From contig OZ024755.1 of assembly GCA_964016885.1 (NCBI GenBank), positions 7,812,001 to 7,876,000 on the forward strand: a stretch of 64,000 nt of DNA, read 5' to 3'. This DNA comes from Eledone cirrhosa (taxonomy: Eukaryota). A program made the position numbers and the translations under genes. Below are positions 45,036 through 60,086 of this stretch, one piece after another (positions within the stretch are counted from its first letter, which is position 1; every line of letters begins with the position of its first letter). The notes beneath the pieces were generated by a model that was given only the letters and a program-made list of their open reading frames with translations, was not told where the DNA came from and did no database searches.

Positions 45036-45295
45036 AATTACATCGTGGAAGAGTTATCTTAACCACAGTTGTGCATGTATGGCATGTGACTTGATCTGAG
45101 ACTGTGTGTTGAAACTAAAGCAATTACATCATGGAAGAGTCATTTTAGCCACAGATGTACATATCTGGTCAGTGACTTGATCTGAAACTGTTTTGAAATG
45201 AAAGCAATTACATCATGAAAGAGTCAGTTTCGCCACAGTTGTATATGTCTGGTCAGTGATTTAATCTGAGAAAGTGTGTTGAAATTAAAGCAATT
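45036..45295. repeat. 84-86-bp tandem repeat, 3 diverged copies
   Basis: AATTACATC.TG.AAGAGT...CCACAG.TGT...GTGA.TT.ATCTGA starts at 45036, 45122 and 45206. Confidence 0.9.
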
Positions 45296-45779
45296 TATCG
45301 CTCAAGATGTATTATAGCCACTCAGATACACACAACAAACTGTTAAATTGACTCTGTATTTATCATTTCTTTCTCTGTATTAGTGATTTGATTACAAAAA
45401 TTTAGACGGAAATTTTGACACCGAGAAATATATGATAAATATAAATAAATGATAAATATAAAAATGCATTGTAGGCAATGAAACAATGTGTAGTTTGTTA
45501 AAGACCGTACCAATCCTTGAGACTCGACAAGCCGGATCTTGTCTTGGTTTCATTGACGTGTTAGAGCACCTGGTAGATATTTTAAGTTGAGTGAACCAGA
45601 GAAAACTGAAATGAAATGCCTAGCTCAAGCACAAAATGATTTGGGGAGAAAAATCACGTGCGTACTCTTCACTCAGACAGCTTTGGAATTATATATATAT
45701 ATATATAAACATACATAATATATATATATGTATAAACATACATAATATATATAATACTTATACACACACATATATGTAT

Positions 45780-45819
<40 letters not shown>

Positions 45820-45835
45820 ATAATAATAATAAATG

Positions 45836-45899
45836 TGAAGATCCCGTTAAGAGTGAAAGCAGCGATTCTTTGCTTAAACTTTAATCTGTTATTTTAATA
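45836..45899 (+). mobile_element. Family 3 terminus, 5'-truncated inside the hammerhead core
   Basis: GAAGATCCCGTTAAGAGTGAAAGCAGCGATTCTTTGCTTAAACTTTAATCTGTTATTTTAATA matches the 54.9 kb copy with 1 mismatch. Confidence 0.85.
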
Positions 45900-45948
45900 T
45901 ATATATATATATATATAGAAAGAGAGAGAGAGAGAGAGAGGGGGAGAT

Positions 45949-46001
<53 letters not shown>

Positions 46002-46538
46002 CAGAGAGAGCGAGAGAGAGAGAGAGAAATACCTAGATAGATAGCTAGCTAGATAGATAGATAGATAGTGAGAGAGGTCAAAGAGATCAACATACAAGAC
46101 CCCTGAGGTAGTGAACAACCAAGTGAGAGCAAGCCAATATAGAGAGAAGTTGATATCACATCATGTATTGTTTTTGACATCAGTTATCCCGTGTTTGTAC
46201 AGCTTGCTGTAACAGCGTACACAATTATCATTAAATCTTTAAGATATTTCCATTAACATCGAATGCGGACCGTGATCGGAATATCAACTTGTATTTACCA
46301 CATAACGATATAACTATAGTATATTTAAAGAGATTCTTCATCTCGTGAAGATTTTTTGTAGTTGTTGGTGTTGATGCTGTTGGTGGTGATGTTTGTTTTA
46401 GTGTTAGATATAGTGATGGTGTATACATTTGTGAAACATATATTCCCAAAGGATGTGATGAAAATTATTAAATTCTTATTCATGTAGAGAGAAACGTATG
46501 AGTAAGTACATGTATACATAAATATGCGTACATATAAT

Positions 46539-46909
46539 TGTTTCTACTTTTGGCACAAGGCCAGCAAAATACCCAGTACATTAGTGGTACTTTATTTTAT
46601 CGATCCCGTAAGGATGAAAGGCAAAGTTAACCTCGGCAGGATTTGAACTCAGAATGGCAAGGGCCGTAACTCTATGCGTCGAAGCATGGTGTCCGACTCT
46701 CTACCGATACTGCCAATATACATAATTGTTAATAATTGCTGGCACCAGGCCAGCAATTATTCCAGTGCATTACTGGTACTTTATTTTATCGACCACGTCA
46801 GGATGAAAGGCAAAGTTAACCTCGGCGGGATTTGAACTCAGATCATAAAGGGAGGTAACTCTCTGCTTCAAAGCATGGCGCCCGACCCTCAACCGACACT
46901 GTCAACCCC
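46539..46909 (-). mobile_element. Two tandem SINE family A copies (46539-46717 and 46736-46909)
   Basis: Both carry reverse B-box ATTTGAACTC, the conserved body and the head. Confidence 0.92.
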
Positions 46910-47160
46910 AATATACATAATGGGAGTATGTTGTTATTATTATACACACACATTCGCCCAGAGAGAGGAATATATGTACATATGTAATTATATATGTTTA
47001 TGTATATGTGCGTGCGTGTGTGTATTATACAAGAAAGAGAATGAAATTGCTACATATGTAGCAAAATAGAGCGAGAAGAGATAGAGAGAAAGAGGAAGAG
47101 AGAGAAAGGGAGTGAGAGTCAAAGAGAGAAGGGGGAGCGGGAGAGAGAATGGGGTGAGAG

Positions 47161-47218
<58 letters not shown>

Positions 47219-47499
47219 GAAATGCACGCATACATATACGTATGTGTATATTCACGTATTTAAATGCACCGCTGGTTGCTTTAAAGTAGAGTCCATATTT
47301 TTACAAGTACTCAACTCTGGTGTCACTGTTTGAGGGTTTGTTCTTCCCTTCATACCAGCTATCTCGGTTTCAGACCTGCCAACCTCTAAAAATTCAAACG
47401 GGGAGTGCCATGAAAAAAAGTGCCCCAAAACGAGGAGAATGGGGCAAAATAGGGAGATTTTACATAATGAAATCTATACCCATTTTCAAATTACTAAGA

Positions 47500-47631
47500 T
47501 AGCAACTTTCTGTTAGGTTCTTATATAAAATTATGTTGGAAGATTTTAATTTAAATTGGAAAATTCTAAATAGGTATTTTGTTTCATAGAAACAGAGCCG
47601 GTTTTGGCCGGGTTGGCAACTAAAGGGTTAA
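47500..47631 (-). mobile_element. piggyBac-like MITE end; the other terminus was not found
   Basis: Ends CTAAAGGG|TTAA, the same terminal motif as 26384-26604. Confidence 0.5.
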
Positions 47632-47944
47632 TGGTACACCTATGTACTAGTTTTAATAATTTTTATCAGATTTTTTTTATATTAACATGGGTCTTTTGTT
47701 GCTTGTTCGCAACAATGTTTCTAAATCTAAAATCAACGTTTTCTAGACTTTTAAACACACAGCACCAGAATGATGTGTGTTTTAGGCATATGTACGATAA
47801 GGATAAATATCCGATAACTCCTTGTGGAATCGTAGAGGCACCGTCATATGGTGTGTCTAGGAAACATTTAAACCTGGTGGAGCCCAACCCTCTCCAGGTC
47901 TGAACACAGCCGATTTTTTTCTATAGAGGAAGAATCGACGCCAC

Positions 47945-48098
47945 TACTGGAATGGTACTTTTTTTTATCGACATCGAAAAGATGATAGACAAAGTTGACC
48001 TCGGCGGGATTTGAACTCAGAGCGCGCAATGAGATGGGACGAATATCCCTAAAGCATTCTTCCCTACGTCTTAACGACTCTGCTAATTCGCCACCTTA
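47945..48098 (-). mobile_element. Older SINE related to family A
   Basis: AAAGTTGACCTCGGCGGGATTTGAACTCAGA with a different head. Confidence 0.8.
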
Positions 48099-48731
48099 GA
48101 CATATGTACTTTCTGGAATTTTCATTGTCATTATTTGTATTGGTTATATTACCATAATAACATATAAAACGCATGAAAAACCAAACAGTTTAAGAGAATA
48201 ACTGAATACAATGATAGCATATTAGTAAAACATTTATGTACGTGTGAAGTGTATGTAAATGTCTAAGTGAGTATGTGTGTGAGTGAGTTTGTATGTAAGT
48301 GAGTATGTGTGTGAGTTTGTGTGACAGCGTGTGTGTATACATTTATATATTTATATGTATTAGATATTTATATATTTCTACGTGAGAATGTTAATTATTT
48401 AAATTTTCAAACAACCCCACATATAGTTATGATTAGTAACTTCAAATAAAAGCAGACAGATACACCCCAACGCATGTCATCATTGAATAGTGGGCTTAAA
48501 ATACGTATAATGAAAAAAATAGTGGAGGGTGAAGAGGAGAAAAAAGAGAAAGAATTATTATAGCTATTATGTATAGTGAACTAAGCTATTATATAGAAAA
48601 ACCGACAAGCACAATATGTGAAATGATCTACAATAATATGTTTTGTAGTTCGGTCAGAAACCTTCCCCGGAATAATATGTTATGTATTGAAGGTTAATGC
48701 ATAGAATGTGTCAAATCATATGATATGACAT

Positions 48732-48802
<71 letters not shown>

Positions 48803-49088
48803 GCATCTGTATATATATATATGCAGTGCCTTTGCTCACTATAAAAGCTTCACGGCACAGGCATTGCTTTATATCTGGAGATCTCTCTGCACTTGTCGCC
48901 ACATGGTACCATGGGCCCAGCACTATGTGTCAATAATTATCACAAGTGTAGTGTTTGTACCAGAGTTTTCAATACGCTGGCTGGACTAAAAAGTCACACT
49001 TGTTCAGGGCATCGGTAGGAGTTCTCCAACATCGATATAAAGTAGTGGCCGTACTCGAAAACGAGTTGGCAGCCACCATATACATGCA

Positions 49089-49131
<43 letters not shown>

Positions 49132-49154
49132 TATATATATATACATGCATCTAT

Positions 49155-49247
<93 letters not shown>

Positions 49248-49251
<4 letters not shown>

Positions 49252-49293
49252 CAGATTAAAGTTTAAGCAAAGAATCGCTGCTTTCACCCTTAA
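49248..49293 (-). mobile_element. Family 3 terminus fragment abutting (TA)n
   Basis: Identical to the corresponding part of the 29.1 kb left arm. Confidence 0.85.
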
Positions 49294-49429
49294 GAATAAA
49301 CACGGGATGTGTAGGTGCTGGATAAGGTGTACTTATAAAAAGAGGAAAGCAAGAACGGGAGAACATTTCCTTCATCATGTTGTCTGCTGGGGGTACACTT
49401 GGTCCGCAAGTTAAACAAGAAAACCACAG

Positions 49430-50282
49430 AGACAATGTAACACAAGCAGGTGTAACGTTGATGTAACACTAGGGTGTGTAACATTATTGTGGCAGTGGAA
49501 GATGTTACAATAAAATTACACTGTAGGGTGTAACACAAATGAAACTGTAGCAGGTGTAATATTAATGTAACAATGGGTGATGTATCATTGGTGCAACAAT
49601 GGGAGAGGTTACAGTAATATGACACTAGAGTGTGTAACATAAATGTAACTGTAGAAAGTGTATCATTACTGTAACTCTAGCAGCTGTAACACTGGGTAGT
49701 GTAACATTGATGTAACAGTGGCAGCTGTAACAATAATGTGACAGGTGTATCACTAATGTGACAGTGGCAGATGTAACACTAATGTGACAGAGGCAGATGT
49801 AACACTAATGTGACAGTGGCAGATGTAACACTAATGTGACAGTGACAGATGTAACACTAATGTGAAAGTGACAGGTGTAACATTAATGTGACAGTGACAG
49901 GTGTAACACTAATGTGACATAGGCAGGTGTAACACTAATGTGACAGAGGCAGGTGTAACACTAATGTGACAGTGGCAGGTGTAACACTAATGTGGCAATG
50001 ACAGATGTAACACTAATGTGACAATGGCAGGTGTAACACTAATGTAGCAGTGGCAGATGTAACACTAATGTGACAGTGGTAGATGTATCATCGATGTAAC
50101 AGCAACAAGTGTATCATCGATGTAACAGTAGCAAATGTAACTATAATGTAACTGTCACAGCTGTAACTTTAATCTAACTGTGGAAGGTGTAACACTAATG
50201 TATCAGTAACAGATGTTACATTCGTGTAACTGTAGAAGCTGTACCATTGATGTATCTGTAAGATGTAACACTAATGCAACGT
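49430..50282. repeat. 26-bp minisatellite with homogeneous core (about 49745-50085) and degenerate flanks
   Basis: Unit (A/G)TGTAACACTAATGTGACAGTGGCAG. Confidence 0.95.
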
Positions 50283-50825
50283 AAGAGTCTGAAAATAAAA
50301 TTAAGGTTAAGATACATAAACGTATGAGGTATTATAATGAAATCCTTGTAGAAGAGACAATATTGGCACCTGGGATTTTAACACCCTAGATAAATGTTAC
50401 AATATGTGCCCCTTTTCAGACTTATGTCACTCAGTCTCCCAAAATCAAAGAATATCAACTTACACTTTGTAAGTTGAAGGACAATTTTTGACACATTTTC
50501 CTCTGACCACGCTAAGAAAATCACTAAGCCTGCATTTTCAACAACACAATCCACTCTCTCCCACTCCAGATCATGTTACATGATATAACACCATCTGAAT
50601 CTCTCCATCGCATTTGATATTTCCACAAAGTTGCTACACAGCAAAGATGATTCGTGGTTTATTTATTGACCGCAGGAAATTATTATGCATTTAATTGAAT
50701 CATACAAATTTGTATGAAGCTGTGATAGTTTAAGATTCAGTAATGCACTAAACTAACCCTTGCGCTTTAAGCAGTGGCTTACGTGACCTTAATGGTAGCA
50801 CAGTCTCCTTATGGTGGCGTTATAA

Positions 50826-51003
50826 GGATTGGCAGTATCGGTAGAAGGTCGGACCCCATGCTTTCCAGCATAGTTACGTCCCTTTACGGTCTGAGTTCAA
50901 ATCCTGCCTAGGTTAACTTTGCCTTTCCTCCTTACGGGGTCGATAAAATAAAGTACCAGTAATACACTGGATTAATTGCTGGCCTTGTGCCAAAAGTAGA
51001 AAC
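50826..51003 (+). mobile_element. SINE family A, full length
   Basis: A and B boxes, body and tail intact. Confidence 0.93.
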
Positions 51004-52315
51004 AGTTATAATAGTTAGTATTTGTGACTATGGATGTTTCTGCTGTTATTTAGCCCCAGGTCAGTCCTAATCCAGGCAGACATGATCAAAGATGTACCAC
51101 CTATCAACATTCCATCTTTTATTTAAACGTAGTATATCTAGGAATACATTATCTAATGTATAGTATAGTAATTAGTATTATTGCTTATAGTTGTTTAACA
51201 CAACAGCGAAGATGTTTAGCGATTTTTTTTATTGCTGGTAATTTTATATTTAATTTAATTACACAAATTTTCATAAAACTGTGACCCTTTAAGAATATGT
51301 AAAGCGCTTCTCGGAGGTCAGAGCCTATGGCGGCTGCCGAGTTGGCTTCAACAGTAGCACCAGCCCTGAGGAGTTGTAACATTAATGTATAGGTAGGAGG
51401 TGTTTAAGTAAAAGGAGGCGTGAGTTTATTGTAAGAAGGTCCTCATTGTGGGAAGGTACTTACATAAAAGATTGAATTACAGCGAAATACCGATTGTATT
51501 TGATTGTATAGTAATGGCTGACTGACTGGTAAACTGGTGTAGGAGGTGGGGGCTTGGGAGGAGTTGTGTTGTAATGTTACTAGTTGTGGTAGTGGTGGTG
51601 GTGGTGGTGGTAGTGATCGTAGTCGTGGTGGTAATGATGTTGTTTATGGTGGTGGTGATGGTGGTGGTGGTAATGATGTTGGTGGTAGCGGTAGTTGAGT
51701 GGTGGTAATGATGGTGGTGGTAGTGGTGGTGGTGGTAATGATGTTGGTGGTAACGGTAGTTGAGTGGTGGTAATTATGGTGGTGGTAGTGGTGGTGGTGG
51801 TGGTGGTAGTGGTAGTGGAGGTAATGATTGTGGTGGTGGTAATGATAGTAGTCGTGATGATAGTGGAGTGATGGTAATAACGATGTTGTTGATGGTGGTA
51901 ATGATTGAGGTGGTGTTGGTGGTAGTGATAGTAGTCGTAGTGATAATGGAGTGTTGGTAATAGTGATGCTATTCATGGTGTTGATGGTGATAGTGATGAT
52001 GGTGGTGGTGGATGGTAGTGGTGTTGGTGGAGATTGTGGTACTGCTGTTGGTAGTGGTACTGGTAGTAGTAGTGGCCGTGGTATGAACAGCACTTGGAAG
52101 TAACAATAATTTGGCAATAACATTGAAATATAAACAAATAGATAGATAGTTAGATAGAGAGAAAGACAGAGGGAGAGAGAAAGTGAAAGAGAGAGAGAGA
52201 AAGTGAAAGAGAGACAGAGAAAGAGAGAGAGAGAGGGGGTGGCAATAGAGGCGGAGAGTTCTGTAAGTGAATATATACGCATGTATGTGTGTCTCAGCTG
52301 TTATGGTTGTTGTAC

Positions 52316-52346
<31 letters not shown>

Positions 52347-52632
52347 GCTGGTACTGGTGGTGGTCGTGGTGGTGGAAGTGGTGCTCGTGGTTATGGTGGT
52401 GTTGGTGGTGGTGGTTGTGGTGGTGGTGGTTGTGGTGGTGGTGGTTGTGGAGATGGGTTGTTTTACTGGTAGTGGTTGTGATGGTTGTAAAGGCGGTGGT
52501 GGTGTTGTTGTTTGTTGGGGGGGGGGGGGGGGGGGGTAACAGATATTTCCATTAAGCTGGAACTCGTAGCATCCATTTTAGTTCTGGTGGTTGCTGATGT
52601 TTTTGTTGCTGTAGTTATTGTTATTATTAATG

Positions 52633-52901
52633 TCTTTCATCCTTACGGGGGTCGTTAAAATAAAGTACCAGTAATGCACTGGGGTAATTGCTGGCCTTGT
52701 TCCAATTATAAAACATTATGGTGGATTGGCAGTATCGGTAGAGGGTCGGGCGCCATGCTTTGAAGCATAGAGTTACCTCCCTTTATGATCTGAGTTCAAA
52801 TCCCGCCGAGGTTAACTTTGGCTTTCATCCTTACGGGGTCGATAAAATAAAGTACCAGTAATGCACTGAGATAATTGCTGGCCTTGTGCCAAAAGCAGAA
52901 A
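52633..52901 (+). mobile_element. Partial (52633-52715) plus full-length (52720-52901) SINE family A copies
   Basis: A and B boxes, body and tail intact in the second copy. Confidence 0.92.
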
Positions 52902-53300
52902 TAATTATTATTGTTGATTTTTTTTGTTGCTGTTGTTGTTTTTGCTGTTATTTCTGCTGTTGTTGTTTCTGTTGCTGTTGTCGATGTTTTTGTTCTTATT
53001 GTTGCTGTTGTTGATTGTGTTGCTTTTGTCGTTGTTGCTGCTGTTGCTGATGATTCTGTTGTTCCTGTTATTGTTGTTGTTGCTGTTGTTGGTGGTCATT
53101 TAATTCTAACACTAAAATTGCTTCTAATTCTCATAGATACGAACACACGAACACACGAACACACGTACACACGTACACACGTACATATGTACAAATATAC
53201 ATACATACGTACATATGGATAAACATACATACATATGTACACAACAAATACGTACACATACACACACACACAAATCCATATACATTTATATATGTATATA

Positions 53301-53380
53301 CAGTGTGTCCCCCAAAAATATATACACATATTTATTAGAATGCTATTGAAAGTGTATATACATTCTTTTGGGACGCCCTG
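53301..53380. mobile_element. 80-bp Tc1/mariner-like MITE
   Basis: TA|CAGTGTGTCCCCCAAAAATATATACAC...GTGTATATACATTCTTTTGGGACGCCCTG|TA: imperfect TIRs and TA target site. Confidence 0.7.
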
Positions 53381-53719
53381 TATATACATATATATATGTA
53401 TATATACACTTATACATACACTGACACGCACTCACACACATACACACACACTCATATACACACACATACACACTCACTCAAACACACTCAGCTCTCGTGT
53501 GAAATAACACACACATGTTTAGTTCAGCCACTTTAACAAAACTTTCTCTTCTTTTCTCCTCCTCTTTCTCCCAGCATCTTTTTTACATCTATTCTCAACA
53601 TCTCACCCTCTCTTATTTTCAATCGTTCTCTCTCTCTCCCTCTTTTTCATCCTCATTCTTCCCTCTCTCTCTCTCTTCTCTTTCTTTCTCTACTCATATC
53701 TTTCTATCTTTTCCACTTC

Positions 53720-53751
<32 letters not shown>

Positions 53752-53932
53752 CCCTCTCTCTCGATCTATCTTACTTCTATTTCTCTCTATATATCGATCT
53801 ATATCTCTTCTATCTCTTCCCTTTCTCTCTCTGTTTCTCACTCCCTATCTCTCTATCTTTCCCTCTTTCTGTCTCTCTACCCCTCTATCTATCTCTTCCC
53901 TTTCTCCCTCTATCTCTCCCTCAACTTCCTCA

Positions 53933-53975
<43 letters not shown>

Positions 53976-54275
53976 ACTCTCTCTCTATATATCCCTCTCT
54001 CTCTCTCAACCTCCTCTCTCTCTCTCTGTCACTCTCCCACTCTCTCTCTTTCTCTCTCTTCTACACCTGGTTCTCTCTGTTTCTCAACATCTCGGCAATA
54101 TTGTGAGAACGTCGGTATGTATTTCACCACTCTGGGCTGTAAGTTCAAATCCGGGTGAAGCCAAATTTGTCTTTCATCATTTCAGGTTGGATAAATAAAA
54201 CAATTTACTAATAAACAGAAGAGTTCCTGCTTTCTGGTCTGGCTCTGTGTGTTCTGAGTTCAAATACACATTCAG

Positions 54276-54385
<110 letters not shown>

Positions 54386-54478
54386 TGTGGACATATATAC
54401 ATATATACACACTTATACATAGAGATGCATAGATATAGACACACACACGCCAAACACACATAACATACACACACATAT

Positions 54479-54551
<73 letters not shown>

Positions 54552-54633
54552 TTTTGGGGGGAGGGTCGTGCTGCAAGGCGCGATTTTACATCAAGAATTT
54601 TGCGAAACAAATATATATATGTGTGTGTGTATA

Positions 54634-54721
<88 letters not shown>

Positions 54722-54855
54722 ACTATTCCCACCGTTGGGACTTTATTATATATCGATACATACTATGCAAACATATATGTGTCCAGTACTACAACTGAAT
54801 TGTAGTCTTCCCGATCTTCGATCGGTGAACACTTCATATATATATATATATATAC

Positions 54856-54910
<55 letters not shown>

Positions 54911-54914
<4 letters not shown>

Positions 54915-55027
54915 GAAATATCCACTTCTGCGTTTACAGATTGACTTTGTTAGTTTCAGAAGATCCCGTTAAGGGTGAAAGCAGCGATTCTTTGCTTAAA
55001 CTTTAATCTGTTATTTTAATAAATATA
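54911..55027 (+). mobile_element. Family 3 terminus with complete hammerhead-like fold at 54936-55011
   Basis: ACAGATT..AGTTT-CAGAAGA-T-CCC-GTTAA-GGG-T-GAAAGCA..TGCT-T-AAACT..AATCTGT. Confidence 0.8.
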
Positions 55028-55046
55028 TATATATATATATATATTT

Positions 55047-55458
<412 letters not shown>

Positions 55459-55868
55459 TCTCTTTTCCCTGATGTGGTCAGTCAACCAACCAGTCAGCAA
55501 CCAGCTTGCCAGCCAGCTAGCCAGCAGGCAGCCGTCCAGCCAACCGTGCAGGCAGCAGGCAGGCAGTCAGGCTTCAATCAGTTGACGTATTTTCAGATTT
55601 TTAGTTTATTCAGAAACCTCAGCCGGTGCAGTGCAGTAGGTCCCCCGGAACATACAAACATACACATACACACATAGACACATAGACACATACAGATGCT
55701 GCTGCTGCTGCTGCTTCCTTCCTGCCAATGATACCATATGACAATATAGAATGCTAACATTACTATAAGATCTCACAACTGTTCTCTCTTACAACACATA
55801 ACAACAAAACATACTTCTTTCATCTGTTTCTAAACTAACAACTAACAACAACAAAACAACCCTTGTAT

Positions 55869-55904
<36 letters not shown>

Positions 55905-56499
55905 ATATACATATATATAACTAAATATTGCTATATATATATATACATATAACTAAATATTGCTATACATATATATATATATAACTAAATATTGCTATAT
56001 ATATATGTGTGTGTATATACAACCCTATATATGTATATAAATATATAAAACAATATATGCATATAACACTATAACATTATATATATATACATATTTATGT
56101 ATGCATTTGTATATATATATATATATACATATATTTATATCACTTCTTAATTACTTGAATCTGAATTAAGTTTCAACGAAGGAATTATCTTTTATTCACA
56201 GATGAAGAGTTTTAACTCCAAATTATGTATAATATACGTTGTGTATATCTAATATGAGATGTATGTATGTTTGTGACATCAAATACAATGTGGATTTTTA
56301 AAAGATAAACTTATATATACACAACAGAAAGGCGGTGGAAATCATCATTTTTCATCAACCAAAGAAAATATATTATTGATATTATTTTTATTAATATAAG
56401 ATTAACAAGACAGATATAAAAAGGTATGTAAGTATATGTAAATATATGTTTATGTATATATGTATGTGTATGTATATATTATATGTAAATATATGTAGG

Positions 56500-56674
<175 letters not shown>

Positions 56675-56689
56675 ATTATATGTTGGTTT

Positions 56690-56935
56690 TTACGAGTGTT
56701 TCATTTGATTCAAGAAACGGAACTGCCGGCTCAGGTAATTAGCATGCAAGTGGCTGAGCATTCTACAGTCACGTGTAACCTTAATGTAGGTCTCAGGGAG
56801 ATTTACGAAGTGTGACAAGGTTGGCTCTTTGAATTACAGGTAAAACACGTATTTTGTCAGCTGAAAGAACTCAGTGAACGTGAAATAATACGTCTTACAC
56901 CAGGATACAACACACTCCCGTGATTCGAACTCACT
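56690..56935 (-). mobile_element. SINE family B, diverged
   Basis: Reverse B-box GATTCGAACTC, CORE-like AACGTGAAATAA..GTCTT, tail shared with 37455. Confidence 0.8.
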
Positions 56936-57125
56936 GTGGTTGTATACTAATATATATATAAATTTATGTATCTTAATGTTCAATGCAATTATGTAACGGA
57001 CTACAACAGGTCAAATGTAAATGTAACAAAAAAACAACAAAAACAACGATAACTACAACAGTTTCCAAATTGCATAAGATTAATAGTATATTAGTTGAGT
57101 AGTTATTATTGTACATAACATAATC

Positions 57126-57174
57126 TACCAGTAATGTACTGGTTAATTGCTGGCCTTGTGCCAAAAGTAGAAAC
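57126..57174 (+). mobile_element. SINE family A 3' fragment
   Basis: TACCAGTAATGTACTGGTTAATTGCTGGCCTTGTGCCAAAAGTAGAAAC. Confidence 0.85.
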
Positions 57175-57220
57175 AATTATTGTACATCTATCTCTGTAAT
57201 TATCTCTCTGTATACATATG

Positions 57221-57292
<72 letters not shown>

Positions 57293-57362
57293 CATATATA
57301 TATGTATATATATATACATATATATGATATATATTTATATATATATGTATATATACATACAC

Positions 57363-57411
<49 letters not shown>

Positions 57412-57500
57412 TGTATGTGAAAACATAGCCCAACATATGCATACCTGCATAGGTATGAAACTGTTTGATTACGTAAGAAAGTGACTACCTGTCACGAACA

Positions 57501-57577
<77 letters not shown>

Positions 57578-57685
57578 CAATACATGCATATATATATATA
57601 TATGTATGTGGGTGTATGCTTGTGTATGTGTGAGCGCATATATATAGACATATAAGTATGCTTACAAATATACAGGTCTATGCAT

Positions 57686-57739
<54 letters not shown>

Positions 57740-57740
57740 T

Positions 57741-57796
<56 letters not shown>

Positions 57797-58080
57797 CACA
57801 TATATATATATGTATATATATGTATTATATATATATATGTATAATATATATATATATATATATATATATTGCTCCTATCAGTTTACCCCTCACCAAATGC
57901 CTTAAACCGAACGCCAACCTGTACCCATGAGTTCTGCTTAACAAACCATACTCACCCTGCAAATTCATCACATCAAACATGGACCACCCATTCTCAGAGA
58001 CTATACCATACTACCCACCTTATGGGGACGACGGTCTTTATCAAGCTATATATATATATATAAATATATATAATCGTAAC

Positions 58081-58195
58081 ATCTCTGCCAAGCTTCTCAC
58101 CAAGTGAAACAGAACCAATCCTGTAAATACCACCTGTCAATGAATTAAACTAATTTAGTATCTCTACCTGAAGTGTTAAGCACCTTACTTGAAAA
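58081..58195 (+). mobile_element. Diverged copy of hammerhead family 1
   Basis: TTCTCACC..TGAAACAG(8 nt)CTGTA...ATTAAAC...GTGTTAAGCACCTTACTT aligns with the minus strand of 9388-9480. Confidence 0.65.
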
Positions 58196-58600
58196 ACTTC
58201 TTTATATATAAACATGGATTATATATATGGTCCCGTAACTCCTTGTAGAGTCTTAGAGGGCACCGTTTTGACATACGGCGTTTCTTGGGCATTTTAAGCC
58301 AGGCGGTGCCCATCCCTCTCCAGGCCACATATAAACATACAAGGATCTAATTAATGTATGTTTGTATGTGAAAACCTACAAACTGATAAACTAATGCTAG
58401 TTACAAACTCAGAGGTGTGTCGACGTATAGTTAACATGCTCCAATAACTCGTGTATCAAAGGTAATTTTATTGATTAATTAACGGAATTAAAAGCGGGAA
58501 TGTAGACAGGTGTATTGGTATGTCTGTGTTATAGTAAACAAACATATGCACCGTCACACATGGATGCATATATTTATACATACATACATATATATATATT

Positions 58601-58673
<73 letters not shown>

Positions 58674-58693
58674 ATATATATATAAATATATAC

Positions 58694-58751
<58 letters not shown>

Positions 58752-58773
58752 TAATATATATATATATATATAC

Positions 58774-59016
<243 letters not shown>

Positions 59017-59285
59017 AAAAGTATACACTTACACATATGTACATATGTTTAGAAACATATTGCGCAGATACACACATAAATCTATATACATCTCTATATA
59101 TGGGGTGAACAATAAAATTAAAAAAGACAACATTGTTTATATATATATATATATATATAAATGTATATATGTATATATGTATATATATATATTATATATA
59201 TGTATGTATATATATACAATTATAATTATATATACATGTAACTGTTATATATTATGTTATATACTATGACTCACGAAAAGTATAA

Positions 59286-59380
<95 letters not shown>

Positions 59381-59717
59381 GTGTGTGTGTGTAGTAAGCA
59401 TATTTAGAAAATTCAAATTTGCCGATTATGTTACATTGAATGATGATCACGAAATAAAATAACTTCATGCTTCCCGAAACTTCGAATTAAAACATGTTTT
59501 GAATATTATATCGTACTTAATGAAACTCAATCATACACACGATATACATAATAGTTAACAGAAAATACACGTGCTTTTTCTCCATAGGTAAAGCAATTCC
59601 CATTCCCTTTCATGTATATATTTCTTCTTTTATTTCTCAATATGAGGAAGGACTAACGCCCAAAACCTTAAGATTCCTATCCTACTATATATCATGCATT
59701 AAATATTATATATATAC

Positions 59718-59810
<93 letters not shown>

Positions 59811-59852
59811 CATATATGTATATATACATATGTATATGTATATATATATATA

Positions 59853-59911
<59 letters not shown>

Positions 59912-59924
59912 ATATATATATGTG

Positions 59925-60086
<162 letters not shown>

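Noticed and set aside
51327-51392. First coding exon MAAAELASTVAPALRSCNINV
   Set aside because: In-frame TAG before the better donor, no promoter evidence and no recognisable homology
52517-52536. G20 run as a functional G-quadruplex
   Set aside because: It lies at the edge of a GGT tract, homopolymer length is error-prone, and there is no functional context
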